Of a stretch of DNA of 42,106 bases, positions 8,055 through 14,865 are shown one piece after another. Below the pieces are notes generated by a model. The model was not told where the DNA came from. It did not search any database and saw only the letters and a program-made list of their open reading frames with translations. Origin of the DNA: Candidatus Pacearchaeota archaeon (GTDB taxonomy: Archaea; Nanobdellota; Nanobdellia; Pacearchaeales; GW2011-AR1); NCBI GenBank assembly GCA_002687255.1, contig NYZR01000013.1:1-42106 (forward strand), given 5' to 3'. How positions within the stretch are numbered: the stretch's first letter is position 1; the number at the start of each line of letters is the position of its first letter. Both the position numbers and the translations under genes were made by a program.

Positions 8055-8576
8055 TCAAGATTTCTTTATGTTAGGGTGTATAATACCTCGGATGTCTGTG
8101 TAGATGGGAATGGCTTTGATGCGGAAGATCTTGATGTTGGCTAGCCAGAGGATTGCTACGAGGGCTGTGGAGCCGAGATACCAGGTGAGCTGGTGTGTGA
8201 GGTCGAAGTAGGCATAGCCGACGAAGAGCAGTTTGGCGAATATGAGGATCCTTAGTGTGTTTATGACAAGAAAGCTTGCTAGTAAGAAGATCAGCGATTG
8301 GAGACGCTTTGTGAGGGGCATGGGGGTGGTGAGATTGAGCGCTGTGAGTGCGTAGTAAGCTGCTCCTGCGACGCATGCCGGGATGATGGATGCGTAGTAT
8401 CCTTTGAAGAATATCGTGTTTCCTTCTAGGAGGACTGCTGAGTATGCTTGTTGGAGGACGAAGAAGACAGGGTGGACTGTGAGGGGAGTGAAGATGGTGT
8501 AGAAGAGCCAGAGGTTTCCTAGACTGAGGAGGATGAGGAGAGAGTAGCGGAGGGCTATTGATCTGAGGAGTTGCAT
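8055..8576 (-). CDS. small exosortase/archaeosortase-family protein
   Basis: 173-aa polytopic membrane protein with the family's three signature positions in order: Cys (IIPACVAGAAYY), Arg (VINTLRILIF) and His (FDLTHQLTWYLG). Confidence 0.6.
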   Translation of the reverse strand: MQLLRSIALRYSLLILLSLGNLWLFYTIFTPLTVHPVFFVLQQAYSAVLLEGNTIFFKGYYASIIPACVAGAAYYALTALNLTTPMPLTKRLQSLIFLLASFLVINTLRILIFAKLLFVGYAYFDLTHQLTWYLGSTALVAILWLANIKIFRIKAIPIYTDIRGIIHPNIKKS

Positions 8577-8602
8577 GCTTGTTTCAGGAGAAGGGGATTT
8601 AA

Positions 8603-9016
8603 TTAGTCTTGTGCGCCATTGTTCTCTCTGATACTGCTGAGGACTACAGGTATCTTTCCGTTTACCTTTATGAGGTTTTGAATCAGCACTGCGCTCGTTA
8701 CGTCAGTTCCTCTGAGCATTTTATCATATTTTCCATCAAGGACTATTAATTGCGTCGCTGTCTCTGTTCCCAAGAGGTTATAATCATCTCTGAAAAGGAA
8801 ATCTTCTGTTGCTAATCTTCTCCCCTTGGGTGTGTGATTTAGCGCAGGATCTTGAATTTTCCGCTTGTATATCTCTCTTGCCTCTTCCCAGGGTATCCCC
8901 TTGTCTGAATCGTCTGAGAAAGCCTCTAAAAGTCTGCTGTGTTCCTCTGCGGAGAGAGCGGTAGCAGGATCAAAATAATTTAAATTTTCTAACGTTGGCC
9001 GAGGAGAACGGGGCAT
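8603..9016 (-). CDS. hypothetical soluble protein between the surface protein and the sortase-like gene
   Basis: 137-aa ORF. Its ATG is 1 nt from the stop of 9018..10979 and its stop lies 26 nt upstream of the sortase-like gene, so it appears operonic. Confidence 0.55.
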   Translation of the reverse strand: MPRSPRPTLENLNYFDPATALSAEEHSRLLEAFSDDSDKGIPWEEAREIYKRKIQDPALNHTPKGRRLATEDFLFRDDYNLLGTETATQLIVLDGKYDKMLRGTDVTSAVLIQNLIKVNGKIPVVLSSIRENNGAQD

Positions 9017-9017
9017 C

Positions 9018-10979
9018 TTATCTATTGCTCAATCGAACTGCAACCACGATGATCAAGATGATCAAGACGACATTGATTATGCCGATGACCCAGAGGGTGT
9101 TGTTGCCGCCGACGCTAAGGCCGGAGCCTGCGATGTTGACTGCTACAGATCGAGAGTCTAATTGTGAACCTGCTTGTGTCTGAACGGTGAAGGTCTGTTG
9201 TCCACTTGCTTCAGGGTTGACGTTGAAGGTTATGAGAACGTCTTTTGTCTCACCAGATTGGAGAGTGAGAACACGGTCGGAGATGCTCCCTAGAGTTCCC
9301 CAGGACTCGAAGTTCTTGGCGTCGATCACGAAGCTGGTTGCTTCTGAGTTTAGGTTACTGATTGTTGCTTTGACTGTCAGTGGTTGACCTGCTTTAGCTT
9401 CAGAATTTGAATCAAGTGCTGCTGAGATGCTTGCTGCCTGTGTTGTGCTTGAACCAGAGGTTGCGCTACAGCCGATTACATTGAAAGGAATCTTTTCTTC
9501 GTCGTCTAGACTGTCACGGTATTCGTCGTCTCGTGGCCGGTAGTCGTATTCTGCATCAAGCTCTAGGACGTAGGTCTTGTCCTTTGCATCTTGTGGCACT
9601 TGGAAGCTGAAACTGATCGTGTCTTCGTCTCCTTGATCTAGGTCTGTTTTGATCTCCCTGAAGAGGTCGATGTCGAGTTCCTTGTTTACCACAGAAACTT
9701 TTACCTGATCTTGGTCTTCGTCTCCGATGTTTACCACGTCGAGTGTCATGGAAACCGTGTCTCCGCAGGTTGATTCAGAAGGTTCGAATCGGATCTTATT
9801 GAATGCTATGAACTTTCCCTCGTCGTCTTCTCTTGAAACGGTGATCTCCTCAAAGAAGTCCTTGTTCAAATCTGTGGAAGAGTCTGTGCAGATTACTGAT
9901 TCTCCTTCTTGGTCGCTGAATGTTTTTACTGCGAGCTTGTAAGATCCGTCATCGAAGTCTGCTGGCACATCGAAGATGAATGTTGCAGTGTCATCCTTGT
10001 CATCGCTGATGTCTCCAAGATCGATTTCCTCTTTATCTGAATTATCGAAGTCTAGATCGTTGATATCGTTTGTTCCGCTTGTATCGAAGAGGCCCAACTC
10101 TACACGGACATCCTTCACCTTGTCATTACCGTCGTTATCTACTTTTACTTCTACTTCGATCTGATCTAGGATGAACCATTCTTCGTCGTCTCCGCTGCTG
10201 TCACCTTTGTTGTTGATGTTTATATCAAGTGAGAGATTGCCCCCTTGTGGGCCGTTTGAACAGAATGTCTTGTCAATGTTATAGGTTGTTGTGCTCACCA
10301 ATCCGGCCGTTGAGTCGTTTGCTGTGACTGTTACTGTGTGTGTTCCGAAGATGGCGCTTGCGAAGTCTGGGACGATTGTGATGAGCTTTGCTGCTCCTGC
10401 CGCAAGAGAGAATGAGCTTCCGAGGTTTGAAGTTCCGTCAAGAAGTTGTAATGGTATGTTGCCTGTTGTTGAAATGTTGAGGTTGGAGAGTGCGGAGTTT
10501 CCAGTGTTGGTTACATTTATAGATCCGTTTACCCCATGAGTTGGTGCTTTTATGCTTGACTGGCTGAGACCTGTTGAAGAGAGAATGGGAACTGTGAAGG
10601 TGGCGCTCCTTGGGTCTCCGGAGCCAGTATCGTCTGCTACGATTGTTCCTGCGATGGATCCTGTCTGGAATTTGTCAAATGTGACTGTTACGGTGACTAG
10701 CTGAGACGCAGGAGCAAGGGTGAGGTTTCCGATTGATGTCTCCGGGGTGGCAAGAGTTGCTGTTCCTGTTGAAACTGTTGAAGCGCCGAAGCTCACGTTC
10801 GCATCAACTGATCCTTCGTTCGTGACGTTTGCTGTGAAGGTGAAAGTGCCTGCGTCATGAGATACGTTTGCTGGAACATTTAGAAGTTCGAGAGAAAGCG
10901 AGGCTGCGCTCACCATAGAAATTGCAAACAGGACAGAGAACAAAGCGGTCAAGACGAAAATTGTGTTTCGAGCTTTCAT
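9018..10979 (-). CDS. large secreted surface protein with CARDB-like repeats and a C-terminal TM anchor (candidate sortase substrate)
   Basis: Signal peptide MKARNTIFVLTALFSVLFAISMVSAAS. Contains Ig-like/CARDB-like segments (VSMTLDVVNIGDEDQDQVKVSVVN) and D/E-rich linkers. The C-terminus is GGNNTLWVIGIINVVLIILIIVVAVRLSNR, a TM segment plus a basic tail. Confidence 0.75.
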   Translation of the reverse strand: MKARNTIFVLTALFSVLFAISMVSAASLSLELLNVPANVSHDAGTFTFTANVTNEGSVDANVSFGASTVSTGTATLATPETSIGNLTLAPASQLVTVTVTFDKFQTGSIAGTIVADDTGSGDPRSATFTVPILSSTGLSQSSIKAPTHGVNGSINVTNTGNSALSNLNISTTGNIPLQLLDGTSNLGSSFSLAAGAAKLITIVPDFASAIFGTHTVTVTANDSTAGLVSTTTYNIDKTFCSNGPQGGNLSLDININNKGDSSGDDEEWFILDQIEVEVKVDNDGNDKVKDVRVELGLFDTSGTNDINDLDFDNSDKEEIDLGDISDDKDDTATFIFDVPADFDDGSYKLAVKTFSDQEGESVICTDSSTDLNKDFFEEITVSREDDEGKFIAFNKIRFEPSESTCGDTVSMTLDVVNIGDEDQDQVKVSVVNKELDIDLFREIKTDLDQGDEDTISFSFQVPQDAKDKTYVLELDAEYDYRPRDDEYRDSLDDEEKIPFNVIGCSATSGSSTTQAASISAALDSNSEAKAGQPLTVKATISNLNSEATSFVIDAKNFESWGTLGSISDRVLTLQSGETKDVLITFNVNPEASGQQTFTVQTQAGSQLDSRSVAVNIAGSGLSVGGNNTLWVIGIINVVLIILIIVVAVRLSNR

Positions 10980-11130
10980 TTTATGTTGTAACTTTTCGAT
11001 TACACTTCTTTATAAAGATTTGTATACTTTGGTGCAATGGAAGATTTTTGTTATTCGATGTCAGGGGGTGTTTTATCGTCGGAAAATAAGGGAAGTGAAG
11101 GTTTAAATAGATGTTGATGCTCTGGTAGAT

Positions 11131-11499
11131 ATGGCGATTCGGTCTCGTGAGAATCTGTTTGGGGCATGGGCTTTTTTGGCCGGGATTATCTTAGCCGTTG
11201 TTGTGGGGTTGTTCGCAGGGTCTAATATTAACCCACTTATCTTAGGCATTTTGGCTTTGTTAGGATTAGTTGTTGGGTATTTCGTTTCTGAGAAAGATGT
11301 GCATACCTTTTTGATTGCTTCGGTGTCTTTGGTGATTGTTTCGTTTGCTGGGATTCAAGGCCTTGTTCTTAGTGCAGCTATTGTGGGTATTGATATAGGT
11401 CAGATTATTGCTTCGGTTTTGGGGGCGCTTTTGGTGTTGTTTGTTCCTGCTACGATTATTGTGGCTTTGAAGACTGTTTTTGCTATTGCTCAGAATTAA
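11131..11499 (+). CDS. small polytopic membrane protein
   Basis: 122-aa ORF with about 4 TM segments and GGTTTAAATAG about 25 nt upstream of the ATG. Confidence 0.6.
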   Translation: MAIRSRENLFGAWAFLAGIILAVVVGLFAGSNINPLILGILALLGLVVGYFVSEKDVHTFLIASVSLVIVSFAGIQGLVLSAAIVGIDIGQIIASVLGALLVLFVPATIIVALKTVFAIAQN

Positions 11500-11541
11500 G
11501 CGGGGTTGTTGTTTTTGTTGAGCGAGCTTTTCAAACTTTTC

Positions 11542-11823
11542 TTAAGAAGGGGAGGTTCGAAGGAGAATTGTAGGTGCAAATCTTTGAGTCACTAGAGGTT
11601 TGTAGATGAAATTATGGACGTCACATATATAAACTGCTTTTGCACCCTTTGTTCTTGCCGTGCTGGCGATCTTCCTTTCTAATGCTTCTCTTGAACTTCC
11701 TAAACCGAGAAGACCATACTTTGAAATGTAGTGGGTGTCCCCTACTTCCTTCATCTGGCCTGTGCTTCGTGCATTCTCGAATTCCTGAAGGTTTAGAAAA
11801 TGTATGCCATCTCTCTGTTCCAT
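11542..11823 (-). CDS. hypothetical protein co-transcribed with sepF
   Basis: 93-aa ORF starting 2 nt after the SepF stop. No family recognised. Confidence 0.5.
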   Translation of the reverse strand: MEQRDGIHFLNLQEFENARSTGQMKEVGDTHYISKYGLLGLGSSREALERKIASTARTKGAKAVYICDVHNFIYKPLVTQRFAPTILLRTSPS

Positions 11824-11825
11824 CT

Positions 11826-12227
11826 TTATTCTGCCGGTGTGCCTGAGCCGCCGATAAAATCAGTCTTTTCGGGTTTGTCTTGGGAGATGTGGGTCTTGTG
11901 GATTTCTGCGAATTGTGGGGTTGCGATGAGGGTGTTTTCTCCGAAGCCGGCGATGGATCCTGACATGGCGTCCACAGTCTTTTTGACTTTTGCTACGGCT
12001 CGCTTGAGTTCGATGACGTCTTTCTTTTTGAGGGGATTGATGTCTATGACTGCTATGGTGTAGCCGTCCCTTAATGCTGAGAGAACATGATTAGCGTCGT
12101 CGAAGTTTTTCAGAACAAATGGCTTGACTTGGACTTTGTTTTCCTCCTTGGGGGTGTTATTGACGTCTATCTCTAGGAACTCTTCTTCGTCGTCTTTCCC
12201 GAACATTTTTTTGAAATCGAAGGCCAT
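11826..12227 (-). CDS. sepF: SepF-like cell-division protein (FtsZ anchor)
   Basis: VKPFVLKNFDDANHVLSALRDGYTIAVIDINPLKKKDVIELKRAVAKVKKTVDAMSGSIAGFGENTLIATP matches the SepF/DUF552 core pattern. Confidence 0.7.
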   Translation of the reverse strand: MAFDFKKMFGKDDEEEFLEIDVNNTPKEENKVQVKPFVLKNFDDANHVLSALRDGYTIAVIDINPLKKKDVIELKRAVAKVKKTVDAMSGSIAGFGENTLIATPQFAEIHKTHISQDKPEKTDFIGGSGTPAE

Positions 12228-12250
12228 TAGATTTTTTGTTTTGGAATCTA

Positions 12251-12336
12251 TTTAAAGATTTGTGTGATGAACGCAAATCCTAGACTCTCGCCGCTCACAC
12301 CTCATGAGCGCAGCATCGAGTTTAAAGATTTGTGTG
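12251..12336 (+). repeat. repeat copy E2 (54-nt insert) flanked by a perfect 16-bp direct duplication TTTAAAGATTTGTGTG
   Basis: Identical 16-mers lie at 12251-12266 and 12321-12336. The insert at 12267-12320 ends with CTCGCCGCTCACACCTCATGAGCGCAGCATCGAG, which matches 30/34 with the core of 27934..27998. Confidence 0.6.
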
Positions 12337-12400
12337 GTCTGAGATAGGAAAGAGATTATTTATGCTTTTGGTTTGCTTTGATTACCATAATATTTAAGAA

Positions 12401-12706
12401 ATGCTGTTTCCCTTTGTTTGTATGGCAAGCGATCTAACTTGTGCGGCATGCGAAGGCATTATCTCTGGGGGATATGTTATTGTTGGGCGTGCTGGCAGTC
12501 GTTCAGATTCAGGAGAGGTGGTGTTACATGCAGAATCATTGAGAGAGGAGGCCGAGGAGGTTGCTGTTACTTTGAAAGCTATGGAGGATCCTGGGAGTTG
12601 TATTGGAAGGTATATTCATGAAGATGACAGGCGAAATCTTTATCATCCTGAGGTTGTTCATTTTGATAGAGTTGGAGTTGGGCAGGGAACAGAAAGGGTA
12701 GTTTAG
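12401..12706 (+). CDS. hypothetical protein (start uncertain; possibly MASDLTCAACEG at 12422)
   Basis: 101-aa ORF convergent with prefoldin and overlapping it by 4 nt. No family recognised. Confidence 0.35.
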   Translation: MLFPFVCMASDLTCAACEGIISGGYVIVGRAGSRSDSGEVVLHAESLREEAEEVAVTLKAMEDPGSCIGRYIHEDDRRNLYHPEVVHFDRVGVGQGTERVV

Positions 12707-13059
12707 TTTCTAGGCGGTCGTTCTTCTTTCTTCTCGTTTGTCTTTGCCATGGCTGCCTGGAGCTCATCTCTCAGCTTCGTTGCTTTTTCTGTGAGAAGTG
12801 CTTCTTGTTTTTCAATGGAAGAAAGTCGGAGGTCGGCGAGTTTCTTTTTTTCTTCTAGGTCTTTTTCTAGGGTGGCTTTGTCTGTTTTCAGCATGACATT
12901 GCCGAGGGTTTTGTAGACGTCGCCCTCTGCGCTTTTGAGTTCTTCTAAGGCGGTGTTGGTTTCGTTGAGTTCTAATTGCATTTGTTGTTTCTGCATCATG
13001 AAGCCTTGTAGCTGTTGTTCCGTGCTTTGCAATTGTTGGATAGTTTCTTGTTGTTCCAT
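12703..13059 (-). CDS. pfdB: prefoldin beta subunit
   Basis: 118-aa coiled-coil protein. LQGFMMQKQQMQLELNETNTALEELKSAEGDVYKTLGNVMLKTDK is typical. It sits in the conserved position downstream of rpoP. Confidence 0.8.
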   Translation of the reverse strand: MEQQETIQQLQSTEQQLQGFMMQKQQMQLELNETNTALEELKSAEGDVYKTLGNVMLKTDKATLEKDLEEKKKLADLRLSSIEKQEALLTEKATKLRDELQAAMAKTNEKKEERPPRN

Positions 13060-13063
13060 GGGA

Positions 13064-13201
13064 TTAGGCCGCCTTTAGTTTTACGACGTGTCTTCGAGGC
13101 TTGTAGAAGATCTTGCTTCCACAGTGTGGGCAGACGAATCGCTTGTCAAGGACTTTGCTCGTGATTGATTTTTCGCAGTTGAAGCATTTGTATTGTGCCA
13201 T
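13064..13201 (-). CDS. rpoP: DNA-directed RNA polymerase subunit P (Rpo12)
   Basis: A 45-aa ORF not in the supplied track: MAQYKCFNCEKSITSKVLDKRFVCPHCGSKIFYKPRRHVVKLKAA, with a CxxC...CxxC zinc ribbon and YK.R. Confidence 0.8.
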   Translation of the reverse strand: MAQYKCFNCEKSITSKVLDKRFVCPHCGSKIFYKPRRHVVKLKAA

Positions 13202-13238
13202 TATGATAGTTGAAGAGGGGTGTTTAAAAAGGTTTTGA

Positions 13239-13625
13239 TCACCCTTTAGTTACTGCCCAGTCCAGAAATTCTGCTCTTCTTCTTTTTTCTTGCTCTTCTT
13301 TCTTCGATCCGACAACCTGTAGTTCACTATAGTTTAGAAGAGAGAGTCTTTTCACCCCATCAATCATATGGATGACTCCTTCTATACTATCACTATCACT
13401 TATAGATTCGTATTCTCTGATGGAGAGTTTACCTTCCCCTGCTTGTTTTTCGGTGTCCCAGTTTATCTCTTCCACCCCCTGATAAATAGCGTATGTTCTC
13501 CCATCATTCTTACCTCTTGTCAATGCTATCAAGGTGTCTCCTTCATGAAGGTCTCTCACTTGGTGATTGGTTGTTCCAGCTCCTATTGATACGATCTCGC
13601 CTTGTTCTGATTGCTGTGGTGTCAT
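13239..13625 (-). CDS. hypothetical protein occupying the slot between rpl37ae and rpoP
   Basis: 128-aa ORF, tightly packed (5 nt after the L37ae stop). No Brix-like or other family recognised. Confidence 0.55.
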   Translation of the reverse strand: MTPQQSEQGEIVSIGAGTTNHQVRDLHEGDTLIALTRGKNDGRTYAIYQGVEEINWDTEKQAGEGKLSIREYESISDSDSIEGVIHMIDGVKRLSLLNYSELQVVGSKKEEQEKRRRAEFLDWAVTKG

Positions 13626-13630
13626 GTTTC

Positions 13631-13855
13631 TTATTTGCTGGAAACGGTGTAGGCTCCGTCGGCGAAGATCTTGCCGGTTTTGAGGCAGCGCCAGATGCCT
13701 GCTGCTATTCGCTTTGCTTGGGCTCTAGGATGAAATGGAGAGGGTTGTCTGCGTCGTTGTGTGGCTTCGACTTTGTTGAAGACCTTTCGTGCTCGTGTTC
13801 CGATGCCGCCGCTAAATCTGCCGGCTGCTTTGATCTTTTTTGTTTTTGCTGTCAT
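13631..13855 (-). CDS. rpl37ae: ribosomal protein L37ae (eL43), zinc-ribbon cysteines mostly replaced
   Basis: KKIKAAGRFSGGIGTRARKVFNKVEATQ...AAGIWRC...FADGAYT matches L37ae. The usual CPxCG is SPFHP here, and the second CxxC is CLKTG. Confidence 0.8.
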   Translation of the reverse strand: MTAKTKKIKAAGRFSGGIGTRARKVFNKVEATQRRRQPSPFHPRAQAKRIAAGIWRCLKTGKIFADGAYTVSSK

Positions 13856-13886
13856 GGTTGGGTTGGGTTGGGAGGGTTTTTAAATG

Positions 13887-14141
13887 TTACATATTCCTCA
13901 GCCAGTAGATAACTTCTCTTACAGGGCGTGTTAGGTAAGTTACTGGTTTTGAATAGTTTTGACTCAGGTCTTGTTCAATCTCTTTTCTCGTTTGATTTCC
14001 CCTTATAACAGAATCTTCAAAAAGAATGTTTCCTGTAAATGTAACTGCTGTGGTTAGTGCTAAGAGAGAAAGTGTTGACGTGAGGAGGTTAGACCTCTGG
14101 TGCGTTTTTTTATCTTCTCTTGGGTTTTGTTCTTCTTCCAT
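13887..14141 (-). CDS. small membrane protein (start taken at MEEEQNPRED)
   Basis: 84-aa ORF with one TM segment (LLTSTLSLLALTTAVTF). The upstream part of the longer track ORF overlaps a GC-rich structured region. Confidence 0.4.
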   Translation of the reverse strand: MEEEQNPREDKKTHQRSNLLTSTLSLLALTTAVTFTGNILFEDSVIRGNQTRKEIEQDLSQNYSKPVTYLTRPVREVIYWLRNM

Positions 14142-14149
14142 GGTGTGTA

Positions 14150-14286
14150 TGGGGGGCTGCCGGGTGCTCGCTGACCTTCGGTCATCGGCAACCCCAACTC
14201 CTTTGGAGTGTGGGGTATTGTGAACCGGTGGCACGGCGTAAAATCGGGGAGCCGATTAGACCACCAACGAAGTTGTGTGGTCTCAA
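14150..14286 (-). ncRNA. candidate structured RNA / decayed tRNA-like sequence downstream of tRNA-Pro
   Basis: Locally GC-rich. Strong hairpins on the minus strand include ACCCCA-C-ACTCC-AAA-GGAGT-TGGGGT, TGACC-GAA-GGTCA, AATCGG-CTCC-CCGATT and a 9-bp GGGGTTGCC/GGCAGCCCC helix. It also contains tRNA-Pro-like pieces (TGGTCTAATCGG, CCGGTTCACAAT, CCCGGCAGCCCC). Confidence 0.25.
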
Positions 14287-14359
14287 TGGGGCTGCCCGGA
14301 TTTGAACCGGGGTCGGCAAGTCCCAAACCTGCAATCATACCAGACTAGACCACAGCCCC
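14287..14359 (-). tRNA. tRNA-Pro (anticodon UGG)
   Basis: GGGGCTG TG GTCT AGTCTGGTA TGAT T GCAGG TTTGGGA CTTGC CGAC CCCGG TTCAAAT CCGGG CAGCCCC A. Folds as a full cloverleaf of 73 nt, with no encoded CCA. Confidence 0.9.
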
Positions 14360-14462
14360 AATGAAATTAGTTGTTTGAGACAACAGGGCTTTTTAGCCCT
14401 GGGCATGAACACCCTAACCATTGTGGCAGGGTAGTTCAGGTGGTATAAAAAGCTTTGCTGGG

Positions 14463-14864
14463 TTATCTAATCAGTTTTACGATCTGATCTAACAGGAGTC
14501 GGTCTCCTGGGATAAGTTTGAGCTCTTTTGTTTCAGAGAGGTTCATGAACACTGCATTCCCCTCCGTGGCGTTAATCATTTCCTTTCCTGGCAGGGGTGC
14601 TAAGAACATGTTCCTTTCTGCCATAAGGTTATACCCAGGGATCTCTGACTCTGTCTTTTTGAAGAAAGTGAAGTGTTGAAGATCGAGGCCTAGTTCTTCC
14701 ATTATCTCTCTTTTCAATGCTTGCTCTGGAGTCTCTCCTTTCTCGATGCCTCCTCCGAAGAATCCATACTCTTCGCCCCATTTGCTTATTTCTCTTCTGT
14801 CTTGTAAGAGGAGGTTACCTTTATTGTCGTGGAAAAGAACAAGAGCCACTCTTCGTTTTTTCAT
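14463..14864 (-). CDS. NUDIX hydrolase
   Basis: Nudix box GGGIEKGETPEQALKREIMEELGL. Start taken at MKKRRVALVLF (14864), 1 nt after the L11 stop. The longer track ORF is a K/R-rich read-through overlapping rpl11. Confidence 0.8.
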   Translation of the reverse strand: MKKRRVALVLFHDNKGNLLLQDRREISKWGEEYGFFGGGIEKGETPEQALKREIMEELGLDLQHFTFFKKTESEIPGYNLMAERNMFLAPLPGKEMINATEGNAVFMNLSETKELKLIPGDRLLLDQIVKLIR

Positions 14865-14865
14865 T

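Noticed and set aside
14160-14200. H/ACA guide RNA: a 9-bp lower stem, an upper hairpin and a downstream ACA.
   Set aside because: The 5' side of the internal loop is only about 2 nt, so no pseudouridylation pocket can form. The K-turn is not convincing.
14408-14450. GGCAGGGTAGTTCAGGTGGTA, which resembles the 5' end and D-arm of a tRNA.
   Set aside because: The D-stem partner, anticodon arm and T-arm are all absent downstream, so no cloverleaf can be drawn. At most it is a tRNA fragment.
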